The notes under the pieces were generated by a model. The model saw only the letters and a program-made list of their open reading frames with translations. It was not told the origin of the DNA and made no database searches. A DNA stretch of 53,987 nt from Gonapodya sp. JEL0774 (Eukaryota), in assembly GCA_027604505.1 (NCBI GenBank), contig JADIIX010000147.1, forward strand, positions 1 to 53,987, in the 5' to 3' direction. Shown here piece after piece: positions 38,601 through 50,487 of the stretch (position 1 is the stretch's first letter; the number at the start of each line of letters is the position of its first letter). The translations under genes and the position numbers were made by a program.

Positions 38601-39273
38601 GGGATGGTTGGTGGGACAGTGCGAGAGGAGCGGGAGAGGCGATATTCGGGTCGGAGAAGAGAAAGGAGGGGTTGAAGTTGCGAGGGGCGGCGTTTGGCGA
38701 ACGAGCGAGCGACATCACGGATGCGGTGAGTGAGGTGCTTTTATTCGCGTTTGGCAGTGGTACAGCAAGTGATGCAGCAGATGCACGGACAGACGGTGAC
38801 GGGCCCGGAGCTCGGTTCATTCGGGAGTGGGGAGTGAGGGAGGAGGAGGGCCAGTTAAAGAGGTTCGTCGGGTGTGCCTGGTTTGACATGTTCGCGGCTG
38901 CAATTGTAGTGGTATTGGTGGGCGAAGGTAGATTGTAGAGCTGGGATGCGATATAGGAAGCCATTGTGGTAGCTGCGTGAATAGAGTCTGGTTGTGCCGC
39001 AGCCGCAGACCTTCGCCGAGCAGCGGAATTGGCAAGGGGCACTGGGGAAGCAGTAGCTGCAGCTGCGGAGGACTGAGCCATGACAAACGTGCGCGAGGGG
39101 GAAGGTAAGGCAGAGAACATGTCTGGAATTGCCGCGCGTGCGTGCATTTGAGAGACAGGTGCCAGTCCGGGGTGGAGGGCGGCTAGAAGAGGGGATGGAG
39201 CGTGTGTTGTGTGGGCTGCTTGAGCTGCGTGTTGGAGGTGCACAGGATCCGAATGTGGGAAAGAAGTCTGCAT
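35626..39273 (-). CDS. Large low-complexity (A/S/P/G-rich) hypothetical protein, 3 exons
   Basis: ORFs 37159-39273, 36731-37291 and 35626-36918 join in frame through two GTGGGT..CAG introns. One short ordered segment: LPILVRTVEQYRHELGPKNRITLRAERHL. Confidence 0.7.
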
Positions 39274-40767
39274 CGGGTGGCGGCTGTGCTTTTGGTGTCG
39301 GCCCGTCTCGCTTCTTCTCGAGTTCGTGTGGGAGGGTCCGGGTCAACCACAGCTGGCACTGTCAAGAATCTTTCCAATCTCTGTTCGTATGTATCTTGGG
39401 GCTCGATTCTGCGTCTCCTTTATCGTCTGCTGCCGTGTCCGCCCAAAGCCCTCGTTCTGTTGTAGGTCGGCGGTTTCGTCTTTCGTCTCCGTTGCTTCTT
39501 TGTTCACGCAGTCTTCCACCCGCGCTTCATTTCGATTGCGCTTCGTCTAATTTCACAAGCAGTTGGTGATATCTCGGAGGGGCGTGATGGGTGTGATCGT
39601 GGTCAAAGGCAGAGTGGCGGGACTGTTATTTTCATACCTCAGGCTAATGACTTTCATTCGCAGGAAGGGCACAATGTCTCCGCATGAAATAACCGTATCT
39701 AACATTATCTTTGCCATGTTGAAATAGCACGCGTACCCATTGGTTGGAGGCGCAACATATTGCTCCTGGAGTCTCCGCCAAGAGTCGGCGGTTATGGTAT
39801 TTGTGATGAGGGTCAATTCTGTATCGTTCTTCAAGGAGTCACTGTTGGAACATAAGGTCCCGGTATTGAAGTTAGCTGGTCCGGTGTTCTCTCGTGCAGC
39901 CACCACATCTTGACTTCCAAAACAGTGGAAAAGTCTACAAAATTCGGCAGTCACCACCGGCAGTTCAAGCTCCCAAGCTTCATGCTCCCTCATCTACCAC
40001 TTCATCGAAGCAGGATGGTCTCTCTCGTTTCTGCAGTTCTCAGTTCCTCGTTCAACAACTGTTACCTAGCCGTCTGTTGCAGGGGTAATATCCAGGCGAT
40101 CGTACCAGAATAATGACTCTTACTCCTATGGTGTGGCTGTGGGTGCTTGTAAAGGAATGTGTGGCATCGGAAATCTTGGAATTGATGCATCTTCGGATCC
40201 AGTCCCGTTGGAATCCTCACTGAGAATGGGCGATATCATGAAGCAGAGATCTTTTCCTGTCACTGTGAAAGACGACATGTTCTCGGACTATCATTTTGAC
40301 GGTGTTGGTCCGCTGTTCCCATGAGCGCTGACCACATCAGGAGTATCTCCGGGGTTTTAACAAAAGGCAAATCGTCTCCGCCCAAGAGAGTTTTTTCTGA
40401 TGCTGTTCTGCAAAAGAGCTCTTGTTTTGAGTGTTTCGAACGTCATGAAGTGGTCACCACATGTGATATATACCGCCAACATAAGTGGCTCTGCCATTGT
40501 GTCACGAAGATGCGCGTTCTCCTATCTTGACGTATTACCTGAGCGACTCAACGCGATGCGATGTCTCTGTCGTTTTGAGGGACTACTGCGGTTATTGGAT
40601 GGGTACTTCTCGCATCGAATGTGGGAAATGAACGAGAACAAGCCAAAACGGAAAAAATAACTCCGGTACTATAATCTGTGGTCAATATGACTGCGCATTT
40701 GTTGTACACAGAACATGGGCCTTCCCTATAAATAGTCCCCGATTTCGTATTGAACCCATGCGTTCGA

Positions 40768-41030
40768 CCTGGGGTCTTTGGCTTGAAACCCCGGTGGGCC
40801 AGGTGTTACAAGATGACTAAGCCCGAATACCAACTGTCGTTGATTCAGTTGCTCGCAGTTGAGATTCGTGGACGAATACTCCTGCCGGCAGGAGCTCCGC
40901 CATCGCATTACCCTGGGGTCCTTAGTTTGTCCCTCTCCGGGGGGACCGGTGTTACAGGATCACTAAGCCCGAAGACCACGGGTCAGATCGATGGGATTCG
41001 TGGACGAATACTCCCGTGGAGCGGGACTTC
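40768..41030 (+). repeat. Two diverged direct repeats, period about 132-146 bp
   Basis: CCTGGGGTC at 40768 and 40912; GGTGTTACA..ACTAAGCCCGAA at 40802 and 40948; GATTCGTGGACGAATACTCC at 40863 and 40995. Confidence 0.8.
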
Positions 41031-42459
41031 CAAAATCCAAAGTGAAACCAATATCAATGAAATCGTTGGGAAGAAAGAGTCTCGGAACTCTAGCGCAGTA
41101 TAGACCTTCTACACTTCAATGATACTTTGCTGATACTGTGCTACATGCAAGTCACTCTCAATCCTGCAGTCAGCGGGTTCCTCTGCCCCACTTTCCTTCT
41201 CACCTCAGGTCCTTGAAAGTAGACGTTGACGCGTCTCGCGCTTGCATCCGTCCACCAGCCGTTTTCAAACTCCTTGCCCACGGAGCTTCGATTGTTTGCA
41301 GAGAACTATTCAGCGCGATGCCGTAAATCGGACTGCGATGATCCTCGCGACAGGATGAACTTAGCTGCACTCGGGATACCAAAGGCTTGAGACCTCAAAA
41401 AGTAGCTTAAGTATACAAACGACACAGGAATAGGGGCTTGGTTTTGACTGATGGTGAAGGTAAAAGTTGACGTCACCAACGGCCAAAAGTGCAGTTGTGC
41501 GCAAGAAAAGTAGTACTGTCACATTCCAAATCGAGCACTTGCACTTGCGTAGTAAAAATTTCTTTTTTCAAATTATTTGCATTACATGGTTTCCTTTTTA
41601 CATTGATGGTGGGTGGATTTGGTTTTTGTTTTGTTTGGGTTCGTGTGCAAAATGAACATACGAGCTCACACTCCCATTCGCCCCACCCCCTCCACTTCCG
41701 CTCTTCCACAATCCCCTCCACCGCTCCAAGATGCGCCAACTACGCCCTCAGCATCCTCCATTTTCCTCCACCTCCAAATCACCACACCACCTCCTCTCCC
41801 CCTTCATCCTCCCCAGGCGCCCTTGATTAACATGCCCACCACGCCAGCGTGTGGACGAGCAACAAACCGCAGATGCGAATCCAAAGAAACTTCCAAAATC
41901 AAACCGCGTTTGGATTCACACCCACGTGATCCTTTCAAGTAATACAGGGAGAGGAAGAATGGGAAAGGAGAAGGCTGGGTTTGCGTATATGTGAATGAAA
42001 GCGCGAGGTGGGAATCTCATTCCACTTTCATCCCGCGCCAATGCAACGGCCACTACCTTCGCCATGCTTTTTCGAAAAAGTGTATCTTGATGTCCATCTC
42101 TTCCTCTTTTTCCTCGATTTATTTTTTTTTTCTTTGCCAGTTCGGCAATAGAGTCCAACAAAAGATCCAACCCGGAAAAGCGAACACGAGGTTTCCAAGA
42201 AGTGGTGCAACTGTATGGATGGATTTGCCGTATACAAGGAATCGCATGCAAGGTGTGGATGATGGGTATCGATTATTGCTGGCGAGTTGAAGATCACACG
42301 CTGCAACCAGCTCCACTGGTTGATATAGCCTCGCATCGTTCTGGAATGTCCACGCATCGCCCGACTCCCTCAATGCACTAGTCACCCACGTTCACGCCCA
42401 TATATTACGCCACACCTCTCAACACCTTTCGCAGCCACAAACATCCAACCTCCCCAGGC

Positions 42460-43293
42460 TCACTGCTCCCTCCCTAGACCCAGCCTCCCTTTCCTGGGCA
42501 CTTCGCCGGTCTTGCTTCCTGTCCGGCCCCTGCTCAATCCGGCCACGGTGCGGTTCGCGAGCCAGACACCATTGTCTGCGGACGAATCGAACAGCTCCCC
42601 GTCTAAGTCCCCATCAACGTCTGCGTGCACCCCCACACTGTTTCCGTCCACAGCTTGAGCCACACAAACATCCTCAGCGATCACCTCGATGGCCAAGCGG
42701 GTGGATGGGTGGGGGTAAGGCCGGTACCCAGGGTGTTGGTGTTGACCAGGGTAGACAGTGCGCTTTCCGGCGCGGACGGAAGATGCTGACGGTGCGGGAG
42801 TGTGAGACTCAACGACGGCGCGTTGCAAAGCTGCAAAGACCGAAGGGGGTAGAGGGTCACGCAAGCACCATGTTTTGCGAGTAGTGGAAGGTGGCAACGC
42901 CGGTGTGAGGAGGTGGAGGTGGGGTAAAGGGAGTGCCGGGGACGTGGGAGCAAGCGGAGTGGGAAGGAGAGTGGGAGAAACTGGGCGAGAGGCGAGGATG
43001 GAGGATATGGCTGAAGTACGTGTCCCAGAGGATCGGGCGGCGTCTGCAGCACGACAGGTTGGACTACAGTACGCGGACTAAACAGGAGGGCGCGGAAGAG
43101 AGGAAATACAAAAACACCAGTTAGAACTATGGTGTGGTGCATGAGTTGCTGGGTTGACTTCCAGAAACTTTGTCGATTGCGGCGAAGGCCACGCCATCCG
43201 ACACGAACTCATTCTTGACAGGACATGACTCACCAACTCGTCTCCTTCGCAGGCCTTTCCACACTCTATGCACCATGCGGTTAGATAGTCCAT
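42460..43293 (-). CDS. Ecl1-family (life-span regulatory factor) zinc-binding protein
   Basis: MDYLTAWCIECGKACEGDEL|SAYCSPTCRAAD matches the Cx2C..YCSxxCxxxD pattern. It is followed by an S/P-rich tail that continues into ORF 42460-42897. Confidence 0.8.
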
Positions 43294-43915
43294 TACAGTT
43301 CTGGTGCCAGCGCGCGGGCGAGGTATATGCCGGAGTCTTCGCGTTTCGGTAGAGTTCGCCTCGCGAGCTTTTGCGAGCAAACGCAGAAGCGGGGACGAGT
43401 GCAGAGCCAGAGACAGTGCAGACAAAAAATCGCTGCGAGTTTGCGGTGCGCAGGCTGCTGGTGGTTTGAATTCGCCGGGTTACTCGCCCCAGTTTTGTTT
43501 TCTTATGTGACTTGTGTACCTGTGGGCCATGGACGGTGACCTTGAGTGTGTGACTGTGGTCGAGGAAGTCCTTTATGGCGTCATCGGCTGACTCCCAACA
43601 TATTTTATGAGAACGCGTTTGTCCTCTGTAAAGTAACAAGAATTAATAAGCGCTTTATGGCGTCCGGCAGTGCGGGATCGTAGATGTAAGTGGCGGGCCC
43701 GCCCAGTCTCAAACGACAAGAATCGGCGACGGATTACATAAAACTCGTGAAGGTCGCCGATGCTACAGATTTGGCAGATCAAGTATCATGTGCTGCTGCG
43801 TCTGTTCCCGAAACAATGAAATAATCGCGGGTTGGTAGAGCCACTTGCCGGCACCTGTGGCCTCCCGCCAAACAGTAAGTTCCATAATTTCCAGACGAAG
43901 AGTTTAAAACTCCCG

Positions 43916-45794
43916 ATGCGATCGCGGCATCGATCTACGCTCATTCATTTGCCGTTGGCGCAGCACTCGCTCTCCGCCTCCCCATCCGTCTCCGTCCTCA
44001 TCATCGCAATTTTCATCATTGTCACGCCCACCGTCGTTTCCTCGCAAATCCCGTCCGCCGCAACCGATTGCGCTGTCATCGAATCGTGAATCGTGGCTCG
44101 TTCAGTCAAACATATCCATCTCGTGGAATGGCACCTGTTGTGGTTGCCAGGCATGGTTTGCCCCACACTACACCACTCTTATTTATGCGTATTCGGTCTT
44201 TGTATTATGCTCTGGTCACCGGGTCACACAGATCAATTTAAACAGCTTCAGATTCCGAGGCACACTTCCCGTCACCATCACGACCTTGGATGCGGTAGAA
44301 GTCCTGGATTTGACACGCGCAACGTTGTTTGGAAGAATTCCGTGGAAGACCATAGGCGCGTTGACCAAACTGACGATCCTGAACCTCAGGAACAACGCCT
44401 TCACTGACGACTTCCCGAATTTCTCGAGCCTGGTGAATCTCAAGACTCTCCACCTTGAAGGAAACAAACTTGTTGGCAGCGTGGATGGTCTGGTGCCCCG
44501 TGGCCTCACCGAGTGTGGTCTTGCGGGCGCAACGGACGTTGTGGTGACGTGCTTGAACGATTATCCGGGTGTGTGTGGTACCCTGCCCCGAGCTGTGGGC
44601 TGCCGCAATAGCAGGCCAATACGAATACCAGAACGGTAACAGTAAGAACCTCCACCACTGCAATGGCTAATACTGGTGTGTTGCCATCTGCTACCACCAC
44701 GACAGCCACCCGGGGATCTCAGGAAACCGTGAACAGCGTTGGTGGCAGTCCAATCGACGGTGGTAGCGCCACCAACACACCGTCCAGCAATCGAGCCACC
44801 GTGATTGCAGTGTCGGCTGTCGCCACTGCTCTCGGGGCCGCGCTGGTTGTCGTGGTGCTCTTACTTTGGCGCTGCAAGAGATACGCCACTGGTTACCGAG
44901 GTATCTTTGCGATTCTATCGTTATGACTTTCATGCTGCATTCACGATTTCTAACTTTTGACAACGTCTCATCCATTTTAAAGCAACACCCCACCTCCTCC
45001 CAAACTCCCCAACCTCCCACTCGATAAGTCGACTACACCCTTCACCGCAGCTCAGAAAGCATCGCTGTCGAGTCAACGTGGTCCACTGGCGAATGGTTCT
45101 CTGGCTATGGCTCCGGTCTCCGCGCAAAGAGGGTTTCCGAACGAAGGAACGGTGGAGGTGCGTGCCTGTCCACGGTGACGTGACAAAGTATCCCGCTTAC
45201 ATCAAATACCTGTGATTTTTTATCTGCTACTAGCCTCACTGGTCTGTTTCGACATATATCTTGGCTCTTCTATGTTTTTCCCCCGTGCTGACTGTGTTGC
45301 GTACACTTTCGCAATGTCAACAGTTCCTTTCTTCCAGGGCCCGCAGGACTTGGACAAGATCCGATTGTGTCGTACACAGGGGTGAATCCATTCATTGTGA
45401 GAGAGAGCTTTGCACCGAGGTAGGTCTACTACAACCCTGGCCGGTGTGAAATCCGGACAGACACTAGTAAACATACTCGGGACGCATCGCGTTTGTCCTA
45501 CAACAGCCACGGCGACGAAATGTCCCTCGTGCAAGGCAACTTTTTCGAGATTCGTCGTGTGTTCAGGGACGGGTGGGCGGAAGGAATGAACCTCGATGCT
45601 CGCACGAGTGACTTCTTCCCACTGTAAGTTGATATGAAAGCCTTGTCGACCCGAATACAGAAAGCTTCCAAACCTACTCACGTCTCTGTGCCAAATCCAG
45701 GGACTGTCTTCGACTTGGGAATGTTACACCGGTTTTGTCCACAACCGTTGATTTCCGAAGAGTGGAATCGTTGAGCCATAGGACGATAATTTAA
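43916..45794 (+). pseudogene. Disrupted LRR-TM-SH3 receptor-like gene
   Basis: Signal peptide, DC..WNGTCC cap, plant-type LRRs (LTKLTILNLRNNAFT, LKTLHLEGNKLVG), S/T stalk, TM helix, and an SH3 domain (HGDEMSLVQG..FRDGWAEGMN..FFPL). Lesions: a 7-bp duplication at 44081-44094, a frameshift near 44585 and an in-frame TAG near 44608. Confidence 0.8.
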
Positions 45795-45960
45795 CACCAG
45801 GGTTGCTGGAGCTGGTGACTTGTATGAGTGTTTTAACCGTTACATCATAATGAATTGTGTGCAGTGGCGATTTGCAACGATTGATGATTCAAATGACCAA
45901 AGTGGGAGTGTACTGAGAACCAAACAGAATCTTCACCCACTTGGAAACGGACTTTTTGAC

Positions 45961-46854
45961 ATGTTCTGTCTCCATTTTTTCTTGCCCCTATTCCTCCTCC
46001 CATTCCCCACGCAGCCCTCGTTTTTCCTCCTCTCCTACATTCTCTCCCTCGTCATCAACCACAAACCCTGTCTCTACTGCTCTTGCGTCCTACTCGCTCT
46101 CTTCTCGTCAACCTGCGTTTTATGGGCTTCAACAGTCGATCAAGGCTGGTGGCCCGCTGACCTTGTCCGCGTCGTCGCAACACAGGGTGTCATGTACGGG
46201 GACGGTGGTTCAGCAGCGTCGAATATACAATGGCACACGGGCGACACAGGAGCAGTCCGCATCGAGCGTGTGGTAGATGGTGCGGAAGTGTTCCCGGGGT
46301 GGGATGTAGTAGTGGAAATGTCTGGCGAGAGGACTGGAGCTACATCGGGGTTGGAGTTTGGAGATGAACAGCCTGCGGACCTTGAGTTGAGACAAGCGGA
46401 CAGACCTAGTGCAGCAGGAAATGATTATTCGAAAAGAATACAACAGCAAAAGGGAACGCGGATGCAAAAGACGGATGCGCGCATTGGTGGAAAGCTAGAC
46501 TCGGTGGTGTTCCCCTCCCCCTCGTTCACCGATCCCCAACGACAACCAGACGAACAAGATTCGCATCCGGGTGGAAATACGTCTGCATTCTCTTCCTCCC
46601 CTTCCTCTACCAACGACTCTACCTCCACCTCATCTTTCCTTGCGGTCATGGAGGTCGTTCACACCACTTCCCCTTCCCAATCTCAGTCCAACAGCGGCTC
46701 CCGCTGCTACCTGGACTTTCCTCGTCCCCACTTCAACCCATTGCGTTTCCTTCGAGCAGTTCTCTTCGGTGGTGATTCACCGGACGCACGGTTCGTGTGG
46801 TGGTTCGACTCCCGACCGAGGAACGTAGTCTATGTTGGAGGATGCGGAGAGTAG
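45961..46854 (+). CDS. BLCAP/BC10-family membrane protein, single exon
   Basis: MFCLHFFLPLFLLPFP..FLLSYILSLVINHKPCLYCSCVLLALFSSTC matches the BC10 pattern M(Y/F)CL..LP..KPCxxC. Confidence 0.85.
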   Translation: MFCLHFFLPLFLLPFPTQPSFFLLSYILSLVINHKPCLYCSCVLLALFSSTCVLWASTVDQGWWPADLVRVVATQGVMYGDGGSAASNIQWHTGDTGAVRIERVVDGAEVFPGWDVVVEMSGERTGATSGLEFGDEQPADLELRQADRPSAAGNDYSKRIQQQKGTRMQKTDARIGGKLDSVVFPSPSFTDPQRQPDEQDSHPGGNTSAFSSSPSSTNDSTSTSSFLAVMEVVHTTSPSQSQSNSGSRCYLDFPRPHFNPLRFLRAVLFGGDSPDARFVWWFDSRPRNVVYVGGCGE

Positions 46855-47497
46855 GAGGCATGATAGTCGGGGGTGCGGAAGGAAAGGGCTCTCACGAGGG
46901 TTAATATGGATGAATTGACGTGCTATCGATGGACTTGAGACATGAGGATTTTATGCGATTGGTGTGGGGGTTCGATTTGGCTTCGGAAAGCTCGCAGAAT
47001 TTATTCTCAACCTATGAACCATCACGGTTCTGACAAGTCAGTGCTGGAGCCGTTTGATACACATTTGGGAGATCCTAAAACAGCAGATCATTCCGCACAA
47101 ATTGGTTCTATTACGTAAGAATCTGCACATGTAGGTTAGACATTGAAAACATTTGATGGTGGACACGAAGCCATTGACGCTCATGAGGAAATAGAGTGAT
47201 TGTATTCTCTCTCACAATGAGACTGTTGTGAATGAGAGAGAGGAGTGCTTTGTGCGCCATGCTTAGATTCTTCACGTCAATCCTCGCCAACCATTGTTCC
47301 AGCATAATTAGTAGACACCCCGAGAACAGCTAGTACTCAAAACAAAAGCAGAGGCTTGTCGCAAAGTTCATCTGACCGTCACTGTCCAACCCTTCACCTT
47401 GAGTTTCCATCCAACACCACCCCCAGCCGCTTCAAATACACTTCACTTCGCACATTGTTGAAAACACAACACAATGCGCCCCAATCCGACTTTATAT

Positions 47498-49556
47498 CTA
47501 AGTTTTTGCACCCGATCTTCCGGCATCACCATTGCCCTGCATGTCCCCACCATCCGAGGGTGGGAAGTACGTGAACTTCAGCGTCGGTGTCGCCGGCATC
47601 AGCTCGCCTCCCATCCCGAACGTATTCAGGCTACTACCGTCGATTTGTTGCCCATCTGTTAAGAACGGGTCGTGCTGCAAAAGAGTAGGCTCGCCTACTG
47701 CAGTGGCACTGTTGATAATGCTCAAATTCATAATCATGCCGCTCAAATTGACACCAGCTGTCGCAGTGGTTGATTGCACTGGAGAGCCACCGCGCGAGGC
47801 AGAGTTGGGGGAAAGGTAGCCTGAAGAGATGTTGCCGAGGGAAGCGTGACGGCCGCGATGGTCAAACTCTACGTCTGAGTGGCCCCAGAAGCCCGCTGAG
47901 TTGTGATTCCGGGAGTACGAAAGAGGCAAGGAAGAGCAAGAGCAGCGATTGGACCGGCAACAATGAGAAATAGGTCGACTATCGATTTCAATCGTGAGGA
48001 TACTTACAACCCCCTGACGCGTCCGAATCGTATCCACCGATGCTACCCGATGCTGATCTCGGCCTGCCCACTTCAAGTCTAGACTGCTCCGTGAAAGAGC
48101 CGGTGGAATTGTTGTAAGTGTGGTAAGAGTTGGAACCTGGAGGACGGCTCGGCGTAAATGTGGGTACGGCGACAAAATCATACATCTCTGCCTCACCGTC
48201 AAGAGCTGGAAAGTTGTAACCGTTAAACGAAAATCCTCCAGTGGATGGGCCAGCATTAGAACCGGCACTCAGTGTCGGGGAGTGGCCTGGCGAGACCTGC
48301 CTCCGGGATCCTTCTTTCATATCGAAGGCGGATTCAAGTTACCCTTCATAGGGGACGTTGCATTTCTCGTTCCTCACTCACTTCTCGAGTTGCTCGCCTT
48401 CCTCGATACCCCGGTTGTCTCTGGTGGTGCTGTTTGAGTTTTCCTGAGTGGAGTCTTGCCCGCCGGCCCAATAACAGCTAACATGGCAGGAGCTTCATCT
48501 GAGAATTGAGGAATAACCAGAGGTTGGGGTTGTGCTTGGCTTCGTCGCTTCTTGGAGCGCTCTCGCGGGAGCTGGTGCACATTGATGAAGTGTTCACTGG
48601 CACTTGCATGGTCGCGAAGGGAAGTGTATTGAAGTCCTTTGTCGGCGCAATTCTAGCCGGAGAATTAATTTAAGGAAAGAGTTGGAGTGGCAACGTCCAT
48701 CCGATCTAGTGCACAACACCTACTACTCACGGGACAGAAAAAATGTTTGATGTGACTGTGGTGCTCCATCGCCAGCAAATGCGTGTAGATATTGTGCTTC
48801 CTTTTATCTCTCCGATACGTAGGTTGGCCCGGTATACACAGTGGGCACGTGAAAGTACCATCGGGGTCCGGTTTGAGTTCGTGACGATCGCGAATGTGGT
48901 TCACCAAGGCGCAGAACCTAGAGTCCACTCGCCGTTCGGTATCTTCCGAATAGACAATCTCGCCCTCATGGTTAAACGTGACTGGGTCGGAGGTGCACGT
49001 AATCTGTTCCCCGCATCCGTGAATCGGACATTGGATGGTCGCCTGAGATGAGGAACCGGTGTAATGATTTGTTTGAGACATTTTGCGCAAACCTCAGAGT
49101 CGGCTTACCGCTCTCTCCATGGGCGCTGCTTCCATGCTGGGCTGTCGGCTGACAGGCAGCCCGGAATAGGTCTGTGGTGAGTTGGACGGCGAGGCAGCTC
49201 TCGCTTCAATAGTCTCTGAGACAAATTTGATCATCGTATGAATTTCTGCGTGGTTCTGATTGGGCCGCGTGATTTTAACTTTCCAGACTTCTAACCCAAC
49301 AGGAGGACTCACTTTCACAATGTCAGAGAACCACTCAGGTAGCACGACGTGTCCCGACTGAAAAATGACCGCGCTCGCATTTGTTATTGCGTCCATCTGA
49401 TTTTGGCTCACTTCACGCAGGCGGTTGAGAACCTGTGGAAGAGCATTCTCTGCGTTCTACATCCACAGTACTCTGGGTGAAACCATCGAATCAGCACCTA
49501 TCCTGACGTATTAGACTCACCGGGAGAGATGTTACAAGACCAGGATAGCTTCCCAT
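47498..49556 (-). CDS. Atypical C2H2 zinc-finger protein (putative transcription factor), about 7 exons
   Basis: Three fingers: CPIHGC..HIRDRH, CPLC..HLLAMEHH and CP|NC..HFINVH. A basic NLS-like RSKKRR follows, then an S/P/G-rich tail. Confidence 0.75.
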
Positions 49557-49925
49557 CCCTGCGGAACAGAGAGCTTTACGAAAAGAGGCAAGACTGGGAA
49601 GGAGCAAATGGAAAGCAACCCACCGATCGGAACGAACCCATTTAGCATCGGCTGTTTTTCTTTCCTCGGAGAACTATAAGTGTCGGATAGATTAGATTCA
49701 CGTTTCGTTGGAGATAGGTAATATGTATATAATATGTGGGTGAATCCTGTGGGGAGTCACTTGGTGCCCCATACACACTCCCTTTATTTATTTTGCAACC
49801 GACCTGTGAGAGATCCGATCCGTTCACCTCTCGTCTGTGTCAGTACAAAAGATGTAAATCGTTCGCAATGCCACATTCCGGTGTCTAGGAGTATCAAGTT
49901 ACAGAACCTGCCGTTAACATACACT

Positions 49926-50487
49926 AGTTGACTGAAATTGAATTATAACGCGCCAATTCTCGGCGACTTAAAACTTACAACAAACGATAGAATGCATTAG
50001 ATAATGTAATTTCAGTCAGCGGTGGTTTCAAAGTTCAGTGTTTCATGTGATGTCCATTATTGAATCTCTACACTCAACACAACCACACCATGTGTGATGC
50101 CACGCAAATCTGAGAGAGGGGCCGTATGCTCGAGAACCCTTCGATAGGGTTATCTCTGCCTTCTCTGCTTGAGACACCCGTCGTGGCCAATCCGGACAAA
50201 ACTTTCGAGCTATAGATCTCAGAACATGCAGGGAATATATGTGGACTTTGTAGCCTTCGCTTATGGCCTCGTTTCTGGCCACTAATTGCTCGTTGTTGCT
50301 GTGTGCGAGCCATGATTGTTATTGTCGTGTATGTTGTCCGTTCAGACAATTCCAGCAAAATAAGTGGGAATAAGGAGCCCTTGGAGCTCATTAAATCTTA
50401 AATGCGCATTATTTCCCTCAATTATTTGTTGAGAGATGGTTTTAAGTCGCCGAGAATGGACGCATTATAATTCAATTTCAGTCAACT
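49926..50487. mobile_element. TIR-bounded non-autonomous element (MITE-like), about 560 bp
   Basis: 49-bp inverted repeats at 49926-49974 (AGTTGACTGAAATTGAATTATAACGCGCCAATTCTCGGCGACTTAAAAC) and 50439-50487 with 3 mismatches. No credible internal ORF and no clear TSD. Confidence 0.7.

Noticed and set aside
39553..39993. 146-aa minus-strand ORF
   Set aside because: No recognisable motif, and no consistent splice path to a neighbouring gene.
40768..41030. Ribozyme (twister/HDV), SECIS or CRISPR interpretation of the repeats
   Set aside because: The required pairings and core motifs could not be built. There are only two diverged units, in a eukaryotic context.
44087..44089. In-frame TGA as possible Sec or readthrough
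   Set aside because: It is explained by the 7-bp duplication, and the downstream homology lies in another frame.
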